From Utricularia gibba (Eukaryota > Plantae > Magnoliophyta), in contig NEEC01000029.1 in the NCBI GenBank assembly GCA_002189035.1, positions 62,001-126,000 of the forward strand: DNA of 64,000 bases. The letters are read 5' to 3'. Made by a program: the position numbers and the translations under genes. This document shows, in pieces, positions 14,175 to 28,995 of this stretch (position 1 is its first letter; each line of letters begins with the position of its first letter). The notes beneath the pieces are model-generated. The model did no database searches. It saw only the letters and a program-made list of their open reading frames with translations, and was not told the origin of the DNA.

Positions 14175-15466
14175 CACAGCACCGGGGACTGGGGATAAAA
14201 CGGCGGGGAGCTCTGGCGACGCCGGAGTTTGTTTATATATGCACAGAAGGGGGCAAGGGAGCACGTTAGGAATGTGAATAAAGCGGAGAAAGAAACAAAC
14301 CATCTTCTTTTTCACTATTTTATGGCTTTTTCTCTGCTTTTTTCTTATAGAAAAAGGGTTTTTTTTTTTTAAAAAAAAAGTTGATTACAGTTTCAAATAA
14401 ATGACAAAAAACATTAATTATGATAAATAAATATTTTATTATTTTAAATTTTCTGATGAATAACATTTGCTTTTCCGGGATCCCGGGCGTCTCTCGTTGT
14501 CATCTGCTTTCCAAAAGAGATGTTGGGCTTGAACATATCCGCCCCCTTATTGAGTATATCTGGCCCAGCCCAACCCAGCCCAGGATAATAAAATAAATTA
14601 ATGAATAAATTGAAAACACAAAAATTTTCTATTTGATTCCATTTTTTTAAAAAAAATAAAAAATAAAATGTTATACCTTATTGGTTCTATTTCTCAAAAA
14701 TTTTCTATTTGATTCTTTTTTTTTTTATCTAGATCATTTTTATTTAAATCTAAATATATTAAAATTCTCATTAACCAAACAATGTCTTATATAGTATGAA
14801 AAGAAATAGTTTTTTTATAAAAAAGATTGAAATAGAAAGAAGCAAAAATCTATGGACTGATAATGTATTATGAACCCTATCCTTTTAGTCGAGTTTTGGC
14901 GAGATTCCCACATTACGATCTGATAATTGAGATCTTGAAATCGTAGATCTTGAATAGGTTTCTATAACATACAAATCATAGAAAACAATGCAATAGTATA
15001 TGTTAGTTGGGGAAGTTTGTATTTAAAGTAAATAATGATATTTTATGGATTATTTCATTTTGGTTGGTATTAAATTAGGATTTATTGAATTTCTACCGGA
15101 ATTAAATTTGGGTAGAGAAGTTTGTTGGATGGTGAAAAAAAAAACCGTTATGATTTTCAATTTTTGAATTACAAAATTTCATTTGAAAATTGAAAATGAA
15201 GCCCCGTCCTCGTGCAGCCAACCCCACAGGACTTAACTGCAGTGCAGTGCAGCGCTTCTCTGTTTTTTCTCTTCTGTTCGCTTCTCCGCGCTGCATGGCT
15301 TTGCTCCGTCTACGCCTACCAACAACCCTTTTCAATGCTCTTTTTCTTTTTCTGTGAGCTTCGTTATCCCTGTTGGCAAACGGAAAGTGTTCCGCTCTTT
15401 CTGGGGAAACTGAAGTAGCGGCGATTCCGAGGTCCCTTTTGTCTCTCGCCTTCTTGTGTCGTTACC

Positions 15467-17591
15467 ATGCTGGCTTGCTTAGCTTGTTCAAAGCAGTTGG
15501 AAGACGGAGGATCTTCATCGGAAGAGGATGAAATCCGGAGCAGTCCTACGAGGAATGAAGCTGTTAAGGCCCTCACTGCCCAGGTATTTGTATATTTGAC
15601 TGAAAGAAAACTCTTGCCAGTTGTTTTTCTGTTTTCTGGAACGAAATCAATCTTTGGGAATATGGATAATGGTGTGGGAAATTGTGTTTCAGATCAAACA
15701 TATTGCAATCAAGGCATCCGGGGCGTACAAGAACTGCAAGCCCTGTTACTCTGGCTCTGTGGGCCACGACAGAGGCCGTTCCCGTGGAGGCTCGGACACC
15801 GGCTCATTGTCCGAAAGACTCTGCATTTCATACAGAAGAACAGGGAGCTCCAAGAAAAACCCGAAAGCGTTTTCTAGCGGATCAGTTACCCCATTTTCCG
15901 GGGGAACAGATTCGGCGTCCGTGGAGGAAGAAGAGCCAAACGGGTGGGTGGCGCAGGTTGAGCCTGGAGTGTTAATCACATTCGTTGCCTTAGCTAAAGG
16001 AGGAAATGATCTGAAGAGGATTCAGTTCAGGTATGAATATAAAATGGGATTTGATCCTTTCTTTCAGTTTCCAATCTATATCCATGTGTGAGTTTACTGA
16101 CTAAGCATCTTGTCCTGTTTTATTTTGTTTCTTCTTGGGTATAACACTGTGGGTGGAGTTTCCATGGAAAAAAAAATAGCAGACATAACTGAACTGAGCA
16201 CTCTCTACACATTTGTTCCCCCATTTCTGACTTTTGGACCATTTCAATACTGATAAAAGTCCCTGCAATGATCCATGTGAATTCTGTAATGAGGATTACA
16301 GAGATGGAAGCCTGGCTGTTTATTTTTCTTTTTTTTAGAGACTCTGTTTTGAGTGCATTGAGGTGACAGATACACCTATAGGATTACTTGCAACTGAGAA
16401 CAGATGCATGATGGCTTTTTGAGTTCTTGCTTGATTTCAAGAATGCCTTTCGATAGACAATGATGTAGTTGCAATAAATGGGGCATGTGATTCTCACAAA
16501 TGCACTGCTACTGCTAGTTCTAGGAATCGAGGGGCCCAAAGGGCGTGGACCTTTGAATCCATTTGCATCAGCATTCATATCATATCATGAATCTGCTCAA
16601 GTTTTTTATTCATGATACTTTGCCCCCAGATGGACGATGCCATTAATGCACCATGGAAAGTTTTTCTTTTTCACCCCTTTCTGCTTAAGGTAATGGTTTT
16701 GTGGTCCATAAACCATCTTTCCAATCTAACTCAAGCCAGCTGTGGCATTCATGTGGTGGGTTGTGATGCTGTCGCAAGTTATATCTTGTGCAATCTTCTA
16801 TGCCTGTGATTTGATCATGTTGTAGATTATAATGCTTTTTCTTCATATCATACCCTTGTTTAACAGAAATGAGAAGAAAAACTCTTTTGCATGTTACCTT
16901 ACAGCCGGGACATATTTGATACATGGCAAGCACAGCACTGGTGGGCCGAGAACTGCGACAAGGTGATGGAACTGTACAATGTACAAAGATCTGGTTGCGA
17001 ACCCATGCCTCTCCCTACGCCTCCTGGATCTGATGTCCATGATGGGGTCTGTGTTTTTGTTGCTTTTTGTTAGGAAATTTGCATCACAAAGTAGATATAC
17101 CTGATGAGCACCATTGCTGTGTTTTGTAGACCCCAAAGCTTGTGTCAGCAGAGGAGAGCCCCATGAGCAGCAACCTTCCACTCGCTGCAGCTGCCCAAAA
17201 CAAGTTGATGGAAAGTTCTCAGCATTTTCAGGAATCATCTGCGGCAGATAACTCTACTCCAAAGCTCTCGAACAACAGTAGCATGAGAAAAGAGACATCT
17301 TCAATAACCAATGCATCCTCTGGATCAAGCTCGGGCAATGTTGAAGATGAATGGGTGGAGGAAGACAACCCTGGGGTCTACATAACAATTAGATCATTTA
17401 CCAATGGAGTCAAGGAGCTTAGAAGAGTACGGTTCAGGTAGCTGTTATTCCATTATAAACAAGCCTTTTGTGGTTTGCACCACATTGATAGAGGTTTCAA
17501 TCTTCCTCACAGCCGAGAGATGTTTGGAGAAACGGAAGCAAGGCTATGGTGGGAGCAGAACAAGGCAAGAATTCAGCAGCAATACTTGTGA
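15467..17591 (+). CDS. BRXL: BREVIS RADIX-like protein (BRX N-terminal domain plus two BRX domains), 5 exons
   Basis: MLACLACSKQ...AVKALTAQ|IKHIAIKASGAYKNCKPC...WVAQVEPGVLITF...GGNDLKRIQF|SRDIFDTWQAQHWWAENCDKVMELYNVQ...|EWVEEDNPGVYITIR...ELRRVRF|SREMFGETEARLWWEQNKARIQQQYL*. Confidence 0.93.
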
Positions 17592-17717
17592 TTCCAATGC
17601 CACATGATGTACGCAAATAAATTTCTGCAACTTTTCCAAGTAAGAAAATCCTACCATCGCACTCCTAGTCTATATATTGTGCATCCATCTAACTACTAAT
17701 CATCTCTACGACTGAGT

Positions 17718-18914
<1,197 letters not shown>

Positions 18915-20072
18915 TCAAGTCAAAGGTTTTTGAGAAGATCCTCCGGATATGGTTGATCCCGAACTCATGCATTCGCGCTGAGTATTTATAATATATTACA
19001 AACTAATTAGATTTAATTATTATTTTTTAAACAAATGAATTATATTCTAATCAGATTTAATCATAATTCAAATATAATTTATTATCTTATTTTTAAATTA
19101 AATTTAATAAGATACAAATAATTATGATTAAATCTTAAATGATATTATTCATTTTGAATATTTATTTTATATTGTTCTATTTCAAAAAAAAAGATATCAT
19201 TATAAATGTACATTTATTTAAACACATCTCATTCCCATACGTAACTAATGTGTCGATGAATCGTTTGTATGAATGATTCATAGTTAATTACATGGTTTGA
19301 TACATAAAAAGTTACCAAATCACTTTTTTAAAAAAGGTTTGGAATATCTAATCCCTTACTAATCTTTTATTTTATTGGATTAAATGCAGGATTTGTATAT
19401 ATGGGAACACCGCCCCGCTCCGCCAGCCCCACCTGTGACGGAGCAGCGAAACGAAGTGAAAATTTGGTGAGCGCAGATCAAATCTGGTACCACAGGCACC
19501 ACTCGCTGTGGATGGATCTTGATTTGGGCTGGGAACCCCTCGTCCACCCACAATCCCTCCACAATTCTGGCACCTTTCATATATTTTGTCCTTTTTAGGA
19601 GGAGATTATCTTTCATCTCCATATCCCCTGCATGAATGCGTTTTGAACAAATGCTTCATTGGGATTCGGCGTAGCCATTTCTCCGCGAAATCAGACTATA
19701 GGTATCCCGTCTTTTCTGGGTCTTTCTAGTTTGCTGGTTGGGTTGGTGGGATCGAAACTTACTGAATCTGATGAAGCTTGCTTGATCTGGTTGACATGGA
19801 AATTGCGTAAAGTTAGATCTGAATTTCAGTTGCCTACCCTTTTGAAATGTGAACTGCATCCTCGAAAAAGGCTTTCATTTTTTTTGTTTTTGTTTTTTTA
19901 GAGTATGCTGTCCTGTTAAAGTTTCTGACTTTCACTGGCATACTCGGTACTTGCAGTATGGGTGTTGATTTGCGAGTTGGATCTAGGAATCTTTGGTTGG
20001 ATTACTTCTGTATATGGATTATAGATTGGTGTTAAGTGTGATAGTTTCTTGGTTTTGCTAGATTTTTGAAGG

Positions 20073-21431
20073 ATGAGGGGAGGGCTGTGGCAACTGGGTC
20101 AATCGATTACTCGCAGGTTGGCTCAGGTAGATAAGAAGGCAGTTGCCCGTCGATGCTTTGCCTCAGAATCTGATCTTAAGAAGACTGTTCTCTATGATTT
20201 CCACATTGCTAATGGGGGAAAGATGGTTCCTTTTGCTGGGTGGAGTATGCCTATTCAGTATAAGGACTCGATCATGGAATCAACTCTCAACTGTCGTGAA
20301 AATGGAAGCCTCTTTGATGTGTCACACATGTGTGGGCTGAGCCTTAAGGGAAAGGATGCAATTCCTTTTCTTGAAAAGCTTGTGGTTGCTGATGTTGCTG
20401 GCCTTGCACCAGGAACTGGAACCTTGACTGTCTTCACGAACGAGAAGGGTGGCGCCATAGACGATTCGGTGATCACCAAGGTGACGAATGAACACATATA
20501 CATTGTTGTGAATGCAGGTTGCAGAGACAAGGATCTTGCGCATATAGAAGCGCACATGAAGTCCTTCACATCAAAAGGTGGTGATGTGTCTTGGCACATC
20601 CACGACGAGCGATCCCTTTTAGCTCTCCAGGTTGCTGCCCAGAGACTTGCTCGAAGCTTTTTTGCAGAAACTGGGCATTAACATGTGTATTGTCTCCATT
20701 CCTCAGGGCCCCCTTGCTCAGCAAGTTCTACAGCCCCTGACAAAAGAAGATTTGAGCAAACTATACTTCAGTGACTTCCGGATACTGGATATCAATGGAG
20801 CGAACTGTTTCCTCACTAGAACTGGGTAAGCCGCCATGCCTGAAACATCTTTCAGTGAAGTGGTTTTGATTCGCAATCTTTCAGGTACACTGGGGAAGAT
20901 GGATTCGAAATCTCTGTCCCTTCAGAGAATGCAACTGATCTTGCAAAAGCCCTTCTTGAGATATCAGAAGGCAAGGTTCGGCTCACTGGTCTCGGAGCTA
21001 GAGACAGTCTCCGCCTGGAAGCCGGCTTATGCTTATACGGCAATGACATGGAACAGCACACGACACCAGTCGAAGCCGGACTGACATGGGCCATAGGCAA
21101 GAGAAGAAGAGCAGAAGGGGGATTCCTCGGCGCGGAGGTGATACTGAAGCAAATCGAATCAGGTCCTCCGGTCAGAAGGGTTGGCCTCTTTTCCGGTGGT
21201 CCACCGGCAAGAAGCCACAGTGAGATTCAGGATGAGAATGGACAGAATATCGGGGAAGTGACGAGCGGAGGATTCAGCCCCTGCCTGAAGAAGAACATCG
21301 CAATGGGGTACGTGAAATCCGGGTTCCACAAGCCTGGAACGAAGCTGAAGATTGTTGTCCGAGGCAAGGAGTACGATGGATCCATAACCAAGATGCCCTT
21401 CGTTCCCACCAAGTACTACAAGCCATCGTAA
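20073..21431 (+). CDS. GLDT: Glycine decarboxylase complex T protein (aminomethyltransferase), mitochondrial, 3 coding exons
   Basis: [18 protein letters not shown] transit peptide, [31 protein letters not shown]|[43 protein letters not shown]. Confidence 0.98.
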
Positions 21432-22814
21432 CTTGTGACTGTGTTCAAGTACGTCCTCTGTATCAGACCTTGATGACGTCTCTTTCATTCGTGTACCCTG
21501 AAATGACCTTCATCTTTGGGAATAACGCCATTCTTATAAAATAAAGAAACAAGGCCCTCCGGACATGGTAGAGATGACGCACGGACTTCCGTCGCTTTGC
21601 ACGCGCTCTTCACTAGTCCAAATTTCCATTCGTCTCTGAAATCTAGCTTACTCTTTTGGGACTGGGATCCCTCAAAGAAGGGCTTGCAGGAGTTTCCGGG
21701 ACAGCTGCAGAAACGCCCAGTGAGGAACAAGGTCGATTCATTGGGCATTTTATCAATCATATTTTTTGCTCTGATTTCTGCCGAGTATTCAAGGTGTTTG
21801 CTTTTATGCCTCATCCAAAGTAAAAAAATGCATACTCTTATGGGTTTGGGTTTATATCTCTGTTGGAATGCTGGATTTTACTGGGGCTGCTGTGTCTGAT
21901 CAGGATTACGAGAGACTGAATTCAAGATTTTGGTAATCACACTTGAGAGACTGGATGTTTGGTGCTACTGTCAGCGACAGTGATATTGTTGCACAGAACC
22001 TCTCTGGTATTCAGAAACTTCAACTCAGTGCTTGCTTTTTGAAGTGGTACCACATTTTCTTTTTCAATAAGCTTCAGAACCATCATTTTCTTGTCTGTAA
22101 ATGATTCTTCCTGATGAAAGAACTACTCCAGTATGATCATAGTGATGATCACTGTTCCCGATGGACAGCACAACAGTACATGTCGTGCAGTTCTTTGAAA
22201 CATATTCCAAGGTAGATGAATGAAAATTATGCCTGCAAACTCCTCTTTTTCCTGTTTCTTCTTGTCTGGTGAGTTGGCAGCGGTTACCCTGATCCTCAAA
22301 TTTCTGATTGCAGCTCTCTGGTGCCGCATAGCTTGGCCCATCGGAGCGGCACCGGAACGCCGATGGACGGTGGAGGCCGGACGGGGGTGGATTATGCAAT
22401 TAAGGAATTGTTCAGGGGGTTTATGAAATAAATTTGGATTTAGTAATTTTCTAAATAAAAATGATGCCGTAAGCTTTTTTGTCTGGAGCGCCTTTTGTCT
22501 TCAGCGTGGAGTTTGCGTAGGTTCACAAGCGAGCGCTCCTCCAACACACGAATTTCAGACAAAATGAAATTCAAATTCGCATGAAATTCACAGTGGACCC
22601 CACTACATTTCTCTTCCCCGCTTTTATAACGACAACGGCCAGCATACTCCGGGCACAGTGAAGAGGAATCTCTACGTGAGCAAGATCTCCGTCCGGGAGT
22701 TTTGTTTCTGTTTTTGTTTTCTTATTACTTTTTTTGTATTTTTCCGGTGGCCTGACAGTCGCTGTACCGGCTGTGGGTTATTGATTTGTTGCTCTTTCCG
22801 GCGGCCTCCAATCT

Positions 22815-23370
22815 ATGGCCATGGGTCGGAAATTCCCAACAAGCAGAAGTGAGCGCTACCTAGGAAGCTTGGGCGGCCAGTTCACATCCAACGCTGCGTC
22901 GGAGCTCGAGGAGGGCGACGTCTGGGGGATGTTAGACAACGTGGATCTCGCCGACGCACACCGTGGGTGGGCCTCACACGCCGCCGTGCAGGGGGCCCGT
23001 CGCCAAGGTTCCGGCGGCGTGGGAGGGCTGTCGCAGGAGTTCCGTGGCTCGGGGGCGCCAATTCATCCTCCCGGACAATCGTCCGATCGGCGGAGACCCC
23101 CGGCGATCCAACGTGGCGACCTCGGCGCCGGTCAACGTCCCCGATTGGTCGAAGATTTACAGGGTGGATTCGGTGGAGTCCTTTCATGAACTGGAGGATG
23201 AGGATCTTTTAAATGAGTCGGAGATGGAACCCCCACACGAGTACCTGGCGCGTGCGTACGCAACGAGCCGGGCAAACTCGGTGTTCGTTGGCGTGGGCCG
23301 GACCCTAAAGGGTCGGGACATGAGCCGGGTTCGGGACGCCGTTTGGAGCCAGACCGGATTCGACGGCTAA
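22815..23370 (+). CDS. S40: Senescence regulator S40 / DUF584 family protein, intronless, two apparent 1-nt frameshifts
   Basis: N-terminal RSERYLG...ELEEGDVW and VGGLS, then SAPVNVPDWSKIYR, PPHEYLAR, SVFVGVGRTLKGRDMSRVRDAVWSQTGFDG*. These lie in three successive frames, joined by adding one base at G5 (23051-23055) and C5 (23097-23101). Confidence 0.88.
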
Positions 23371-25352
23371 CGGTCCAAAGTTTTCTCCCTGGTGAGGGTG
23401 AATCCCTCTATTTGAGTATTTCTTTGATGCCACTTTATGATTCAAGAAAATGTGTGGTACAAAATGTAATAAATAAATTATAGATAGTCAAAATTTGCAT
23501 GCTACACAATTTTATTTTGTGAAATGGGAAAAGAATATAACCAAAGGTAGGGTCTAAATTTGATTTTTGGAATCGGGGGGGGATTCTCAATAATTGAATT
23601 TTAGTGACATTCATTCATGGATGTCCTCAAAGGCAAAATTAACCTCGTAAAATTACCAAAATACCCCAACTCCTTGGTTGACAAACACTAAATAAATATT
23701 ATATTTATCTAATATTAAAATTACTTTCAAAGGGCTCCACTGTAAATGATGGAAATAAAAAGACAACTAGAATTTGGCTTTAAGCAATTTAAAATGGAAA
23801 GACAACGAAAATAGGTTGTGCCACGTGCATCCAAGACACGTGTCGCGTTAGCGGTTACGACCGGTGGTTCGCGCCACGTGCAGCTATCACAATAATTGTA
23901 CAGTTGTGATGGTCTTTTATTTTTAAATAAAAAGATTTTTAAAATCATTTCAATATTGATATAATTCAGGGAGCTTCATAATTAGTATTAGTTTCTAATT
24001 ATGAATTTGGCCTAAAGAAAATGCAATAAATTATGTTTTTAATTAATTATTAAAAACTTTATATATTTTTTATATCGTAGCCAATCCTTTGGATTTGTTT
24101 AGTTTTTCAAAAATTATTTTTGGATAAATAATATTAATAAAATAGAAATTAAATATTTATGTCTTATTAAAAACATAAAAAAATAGTTTGTTAATCCATC
24201 TTCTTCATTATGACGTGTTCAAACCACCGTGGGTGGCAGTTGAGGGAGGTGGTCGTCGTTCCGACGAGAACCACCACATTGTGTTTGTTAGGAGATGAAA
24301 GGATCTCTGTCTTCAAACATGGGACTGGACTAAGACTGTTTTAAAAGACTCCTGATCTGAAAACCCTAATTTGACCGAAGGAAAGTGGGCGGTGCCGATC
24401 AAGGAGAAGCACGTATCGTGCGGATGATGCGAAGAGTGGCAGTGTGGAGGAGGGTGGGAGCCGGTGCGGTGGGCGGTGGCCGCGTTCTTTTCCGGCTGCT
24501 GTACATGAAAGAAAGAACGGGATGGGATGAACGTTGAAGAAAAGCAAGCAAGGCATATTCTAGCTCTAAAGTTCAACCTGAGGTATGAATCTACTCCGGT
24601 GAGATGTACACAGCGAAAGAAACATCCCCAGGATTCATTGATCGAAGCGAAGAACGCCGGAGGGTTCAAGATCATCTGCTCCTTCCATTTCATCGGAATA
24701 GATGGGAGGCAAAACAAGTAGTATTGTTAATATCGCGACATCAAGAAAAGGATCTGCTGCTCTCTGTCATTTTGCCCTTCTGTAATGGAAGCATTTTACA
24801 GCTCGGCCAGTTGGCAGGCTCATCCTGGCCAACAGCCGATCGATTTCAGCAACCTTTGATTGTCTGAAGCTACCGAATTCTTCTGCTTTTCGATCATCAT
24901 TTCTATAGAAAACACACACAAAAAAAAAAAAAAAACTTTTATGAATTGGCTGATTCAAATAGTTGGTAAATATTATCAAGATTCAAGTTTTCAGAGAAGA
25001 TGGTATCTTCGGATCCGTTTCCACACGGCTTGTAGCTATTGGATGGAGAGGAGGGGATCAGAGAGAATGACCCTTCGATCCTAAACCAGCTAACCACCAC
25101 AAGATATTGCAGGGAAATGAAGAACTCTTCTTCTATTCTGAGTTAGTTTCTCAAAGCCTCCCTATTAATTCATTGGTTTTTCAATCATCATGCACATTTG
25201 GAACATAATCCTTCCCGGTTGCTGCATTCATCGTGATTCCAAGCGCTCAGAGAGGTGCTGGCTCTATGATCTGCGATCAGATGCTTTCTGTTCATAAGTT
25301 TTGCGAGACAGTGTTTGTTGGTCTGGGTTGATGTTGCCGGAATCCATTTCAG

Positions 25353-26348
25353 ATGGCGACATTGTCGACTGCAGCTCCGGCGAGACGGAAGCGAGGCCGG
25401 CCTCGGAAAGACGGCCATCCATCAAGGGAGAGCAGCAGCCTTCAGTCAATGGAAACTCCATGTCTCACCAGCACTCACCTTGCGTATCCTCCCAGTCAGG
25501 AAGGCATCAGGCCTCAGGATTTTGATGGGAATTCCAAAGACAAACATGTTGATTGTGCTGTTGGGACCGCAGTTCATGGCGTGGTCGATGGATCCTTCGA
25601 CGAAGGGTACCTCGTGTCTGTGAAAATCGGAAGCGACGACACGCCATATCGTGGTCTTGTGTTCCAACCAAGAAAGACAGTCCCTGTAACAGCAGCAAAC
25701 GATGTTGCTCCTCAAGTTAGAATGCACATGAGACAGCAAGTGCTGGTTTCTGGTTATGGTGATTCAAATCATCCGGGTGGATTCCTCGCCGTACCGGAAT
25801 CAAAGCAACCAGCTTTTCGCCCCATTTCGCCATTGTTTCAGTTGCCTGCCACAACATACCAAGCATGTAATCAGTCAAACTTGATGTTGAGGAGCAACTC
25901 TTGTTCTGATCTTGAACAGAAATGGTCTGCGTTGAGGAGCTCAATTGTAGCAGGTGTAGACACGCAGTCCCTGAGGATGGTGGAAGAAGATGAAGTTATG
26001 CAGGCGTTTGAGGTCTCATCGCCATTGAAATGGCCTAATTCAAGCATATCCATCACCGGAGACACCATCACTCCACAGTTGCATTGCGCTACAAAGAGTT
26101 TGGGTGATAAACAAGACATGAATAACAGGGGTACTGCCCCAAGTTTGCTGAGCAATAGTCAGCAGGATGATCATCATAATCTGGAGGGCCAAATAACCCC
26201 ATCACTACCAGAGACTCACCAAGAAGCACAAAAATCAGAACTCCAACCACAAGAAGAATGTCCTAAAGGTGATCTAGTAGTGCCTTCCACCAGTCCATTT
26301 GGCAACCAAGTACCTGATCTTCATAACAGTCGACTTCTTGGAGGTTAG
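25353..26348 (+). CDS. AT-hook DNA-binding protein (Metabolic Network Modulator 1-like family)
   Basis: 331-aa ORF with AT-hook RRKRGRPRKD followed by VGTAVHGVVDGSFDEGYLVSVKIG...YRGLVFQPRKTVPVTAANDVAP. The ATG sits directly after a tttcag acceptor, so upstream exons may exist. Confidence 0.8.
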   Translation: MATLSTAAPARRKRGRPRKDGHPSRESSSLQSMETPCLTSTHLAYPPSQEGIRPQDFDGNSKDKHVDCAVGTAVHGVVDGSFDEGYLVSVKIGSDDTPYRGLVFQPRKTVPVTAANDVAPQVRMHMRQQVLVSGYGDSNHPGGFLAVPESKQPAFRPISPLFQLPATTYQACNQSNLMLRSNSCSDLEQKWSALRSSIVAGVDTQSLRMVEEDEVMQAFEVSSPLKWPNSSISITGDTITPQLHCATKSLGDKQDMNNRGTAPSLLSNSQQDDHHNLEGQITPSLPETHQEAQKSELQPQEECPKGDLVVPSTSPFGNQVPDLHNSRLLGG

Positions 26349-26751
26349 CTTGCAAATAACTTGGAATGAACCAAAGTGAAGTAGTGATACAACTTAATGT
26401 TGGGGTTCGGGAAGTGCAGAAGAACCAAAGATTGCAGCAAACTAATATGTTGCTTCATAGGAATCAGGATGAAAGTAAAGAGGAGTGTGTAAAATTTGAA
26501 GAAAAAATAAGAATTTGTTTTCCGTTCTAAAATGGAAGAAACAAAATGAAGACCAGGATCCAAGACAAGAAGCACCCATCCTACCAAGTTTTTGTCCTAA
26601 AACTTAGGCAAGAATCTCCATCCACATCAAGTGCCACAATCAGGAAAATTAATCCCTGCCTTTTCCAGTTCTCTTAACTTCTAAACTTTCTGAAAAGCCA
26701 AGGGAACCAATGAAACCAAACACCCAAATAAATCTCTTGGAGTGAGAGATG

Positions 26752-28995
26752 TCATTTCGGCGACAACTCATGCTTGGTGGAAGCTGCAGCAAATATCATC
26801 TTCAGTTCCTCTTTCACTGCATCGCTTGAAAATGTGAAGTCTATGGCTCGTTGTGCCAGCTGAAACAATTCTCTCTTGCCAAGCCCTTAATACCAAAAAA
26901 TTTTTCACCAAGAGTATGATCAGAATTAATTAATGGTTGCAGTTGTTTGAATGATATTAAAAAACTGACCAAAAGTACACGAAGCAATGGCATATTCGGC
27001 TGAAAGAGTGGTAGAGAATACACCACAATCATCAGTACAAAGAACAATTGGATGATTTGATCCATATAGATCAGCTGCAATATAGAAACATCAATGTCAC
27101 AATATTGCAGTATTGCACAATGCACGCATTCTACAATGTGAGCCACATCAAAAGGTGTTTAATCGAAACTTTAAGGACATGTACATGCAAAAATCATATT
27201 GAAATCTAACCAAAATGATGAACATCTAAAGAAGAGATTGATTCTGTCTTGATGTTGGATGTCAAACAAATCTCCACCTGCCATAGAGATTAATCAGATG
27301 CAGAGCTCAAAATTTTAATACTTGCTGTTCATCAAAGGCTCATCAACGGCCAACGAAAAAAAAGACAGGCATGAATAATGAAGAAACAAATCAATGGCAA
27401 CCGGGATGTTGTTCTGTTTTAAAATTTTAAAGTTGTCTTCATCCAAGAAACAGGCATGGCCAACTCTATTCGGTTTAAAGTCCAGCATTGCTCGTATTTC
27501 ATCTGCATTAGCCACCTACAAGTACTAAGAAGAAAGATAAATTGATTAGAAATAAAAAGATTTATCACGATAAAAAGATATGGTGAAGAGGAAAGATAAG
27601 ATGCACCTCACCGCAGTGAAGAGTGATTGAAAGTCCCTGTTGTTTCGCATATTCCAAGGCAGGTAAAAAAGTAGACCTACAATGTGTTAAAGAAAAAAAA
27701 AGCATATCTTTCACTTATCTATAAGAACGCTGAGAGTCAGAAGTAAAAAAAAGTCTTTGGTGCCTACCATTCACCAATGCGAGGATTTCCAGAAAGATCA
27801 ATCCCCACGACCCCCAAGTCTCTCATTTCAATAGCAAGATCAACCTTGGAAGAACAAGGTAAATCCAGGAGAGTGAATCACAGGGTAACCTCTCACACTC
27901 TCAGAAAAAGTTTTCATTTAAAGGTGCTAAGGTATACCCACTACTTACAGTTTCCATTGCAGCTTCGGCAGTTTCCCGGCGATCAATGCTTAATATTAGC
28001 CCCACATAAATCTTATTGGTTACAGATCCATCGAATGCCACATCTACGCTTGATTTGTTGCATAAGTCTAACATGACTGCCTTGACAGATCTTATGCCTT
28101 CCAGAACTGCTTCCATGTAAGATCGTTTGGTCATCCCTTTATCAACGTTTCTCTACATATTGGAAAGTATTGATAAACTTACAATTCAACCGCTATTACA
28201 TGGAGGGAGATACAATGGCTATGGCTGTTTACCTTGGGGGTAGTTCTCAGTTCCAAGTATTTAACATTATCAGCAGCGAAATCTTCAATAACCTTTTGTC
28301 GAAAGAGACGATGGTTAAAATGACTTCCAAGAAAGACAAAATGTAGAAAGACTTGGATGAGAACCTCTTTAGTAATCCTAGTTACACCCTTATGATCCGT
28401 AGTAACAACATGAATCAAATCAAACAACTTGAACACCTCGCTAAGAGCACGATCACCTGCTCTCCAAGGATTCGAGTTATTTACAAATATACCAAATCCC
28501 AAAATCCAAAATGACCCAGATATCGGAAAGAGAACGCACAAACTTAAAGACCACCACAACATCACAAATCTATTCTGGAAAAAAATCAAGAAATTTAAAG
28601 CATAAATCACAAATTCAAAGCCTCCTCAAGGGTACTACATTGATCTTCACATTATTAAAGGGATCAAAAACTAAAGGAGAAAGAAAGATGATACTTTTCA
28701 TTATCACGTCCTCCATATCTGTGATACCCAACTCCGTGGCGAGTTCCCTGCAAAAAATTCAACAAAGCGCGAAAGAAGCAAACTTTACAACACAATACTG
28801 CGAAACACCAAAACCCAGAATCCACAATCTTTATTTGCCCATCAAGAACAAACTTAGCGCAATGGAATCAATATTATTAAAAAAAAAGGAACAATAAAAC
28901 ATAGAATCTGGGAGTTACAGCAGTGTTGAGTCCCTGACGGAGCCATTTAGATGGGCATGTAGTTCTATTTTAGGAATCGAAGCACACCACTCCAT
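26752..28995 (-). CDS. MAPDA: Adenosine deaminase-like protein / N6-methyl-AMP deaminase, multi-exon
   Basis: MEWCASIPKIELHAHLNGSVRDSTL, YLELRTTPK, LSIDRRET, GIDLSGNP, TLHCGEV, RVGHACF, VEICLTSN, LCTDDCGVFSTTLSAEY. Exons spliced by eye join in frame. Confidence 0.94.

Noticed and set aside
14620-14716. About 20-bp direct repeat AAAAATTTTCTATTTGATTC in the ALE1-BRXL spacer
   Set aside because: Low-complexity AT-rich duplication with two copies only; no evidence of function.
22141-22275. Possible box C/D snoRNA (GTGATGA ... CTGA)
   Set aside because: No convincing terminal stem and no rRNA or snRNA antisense element that I could verify; such short motifs occur by chance.
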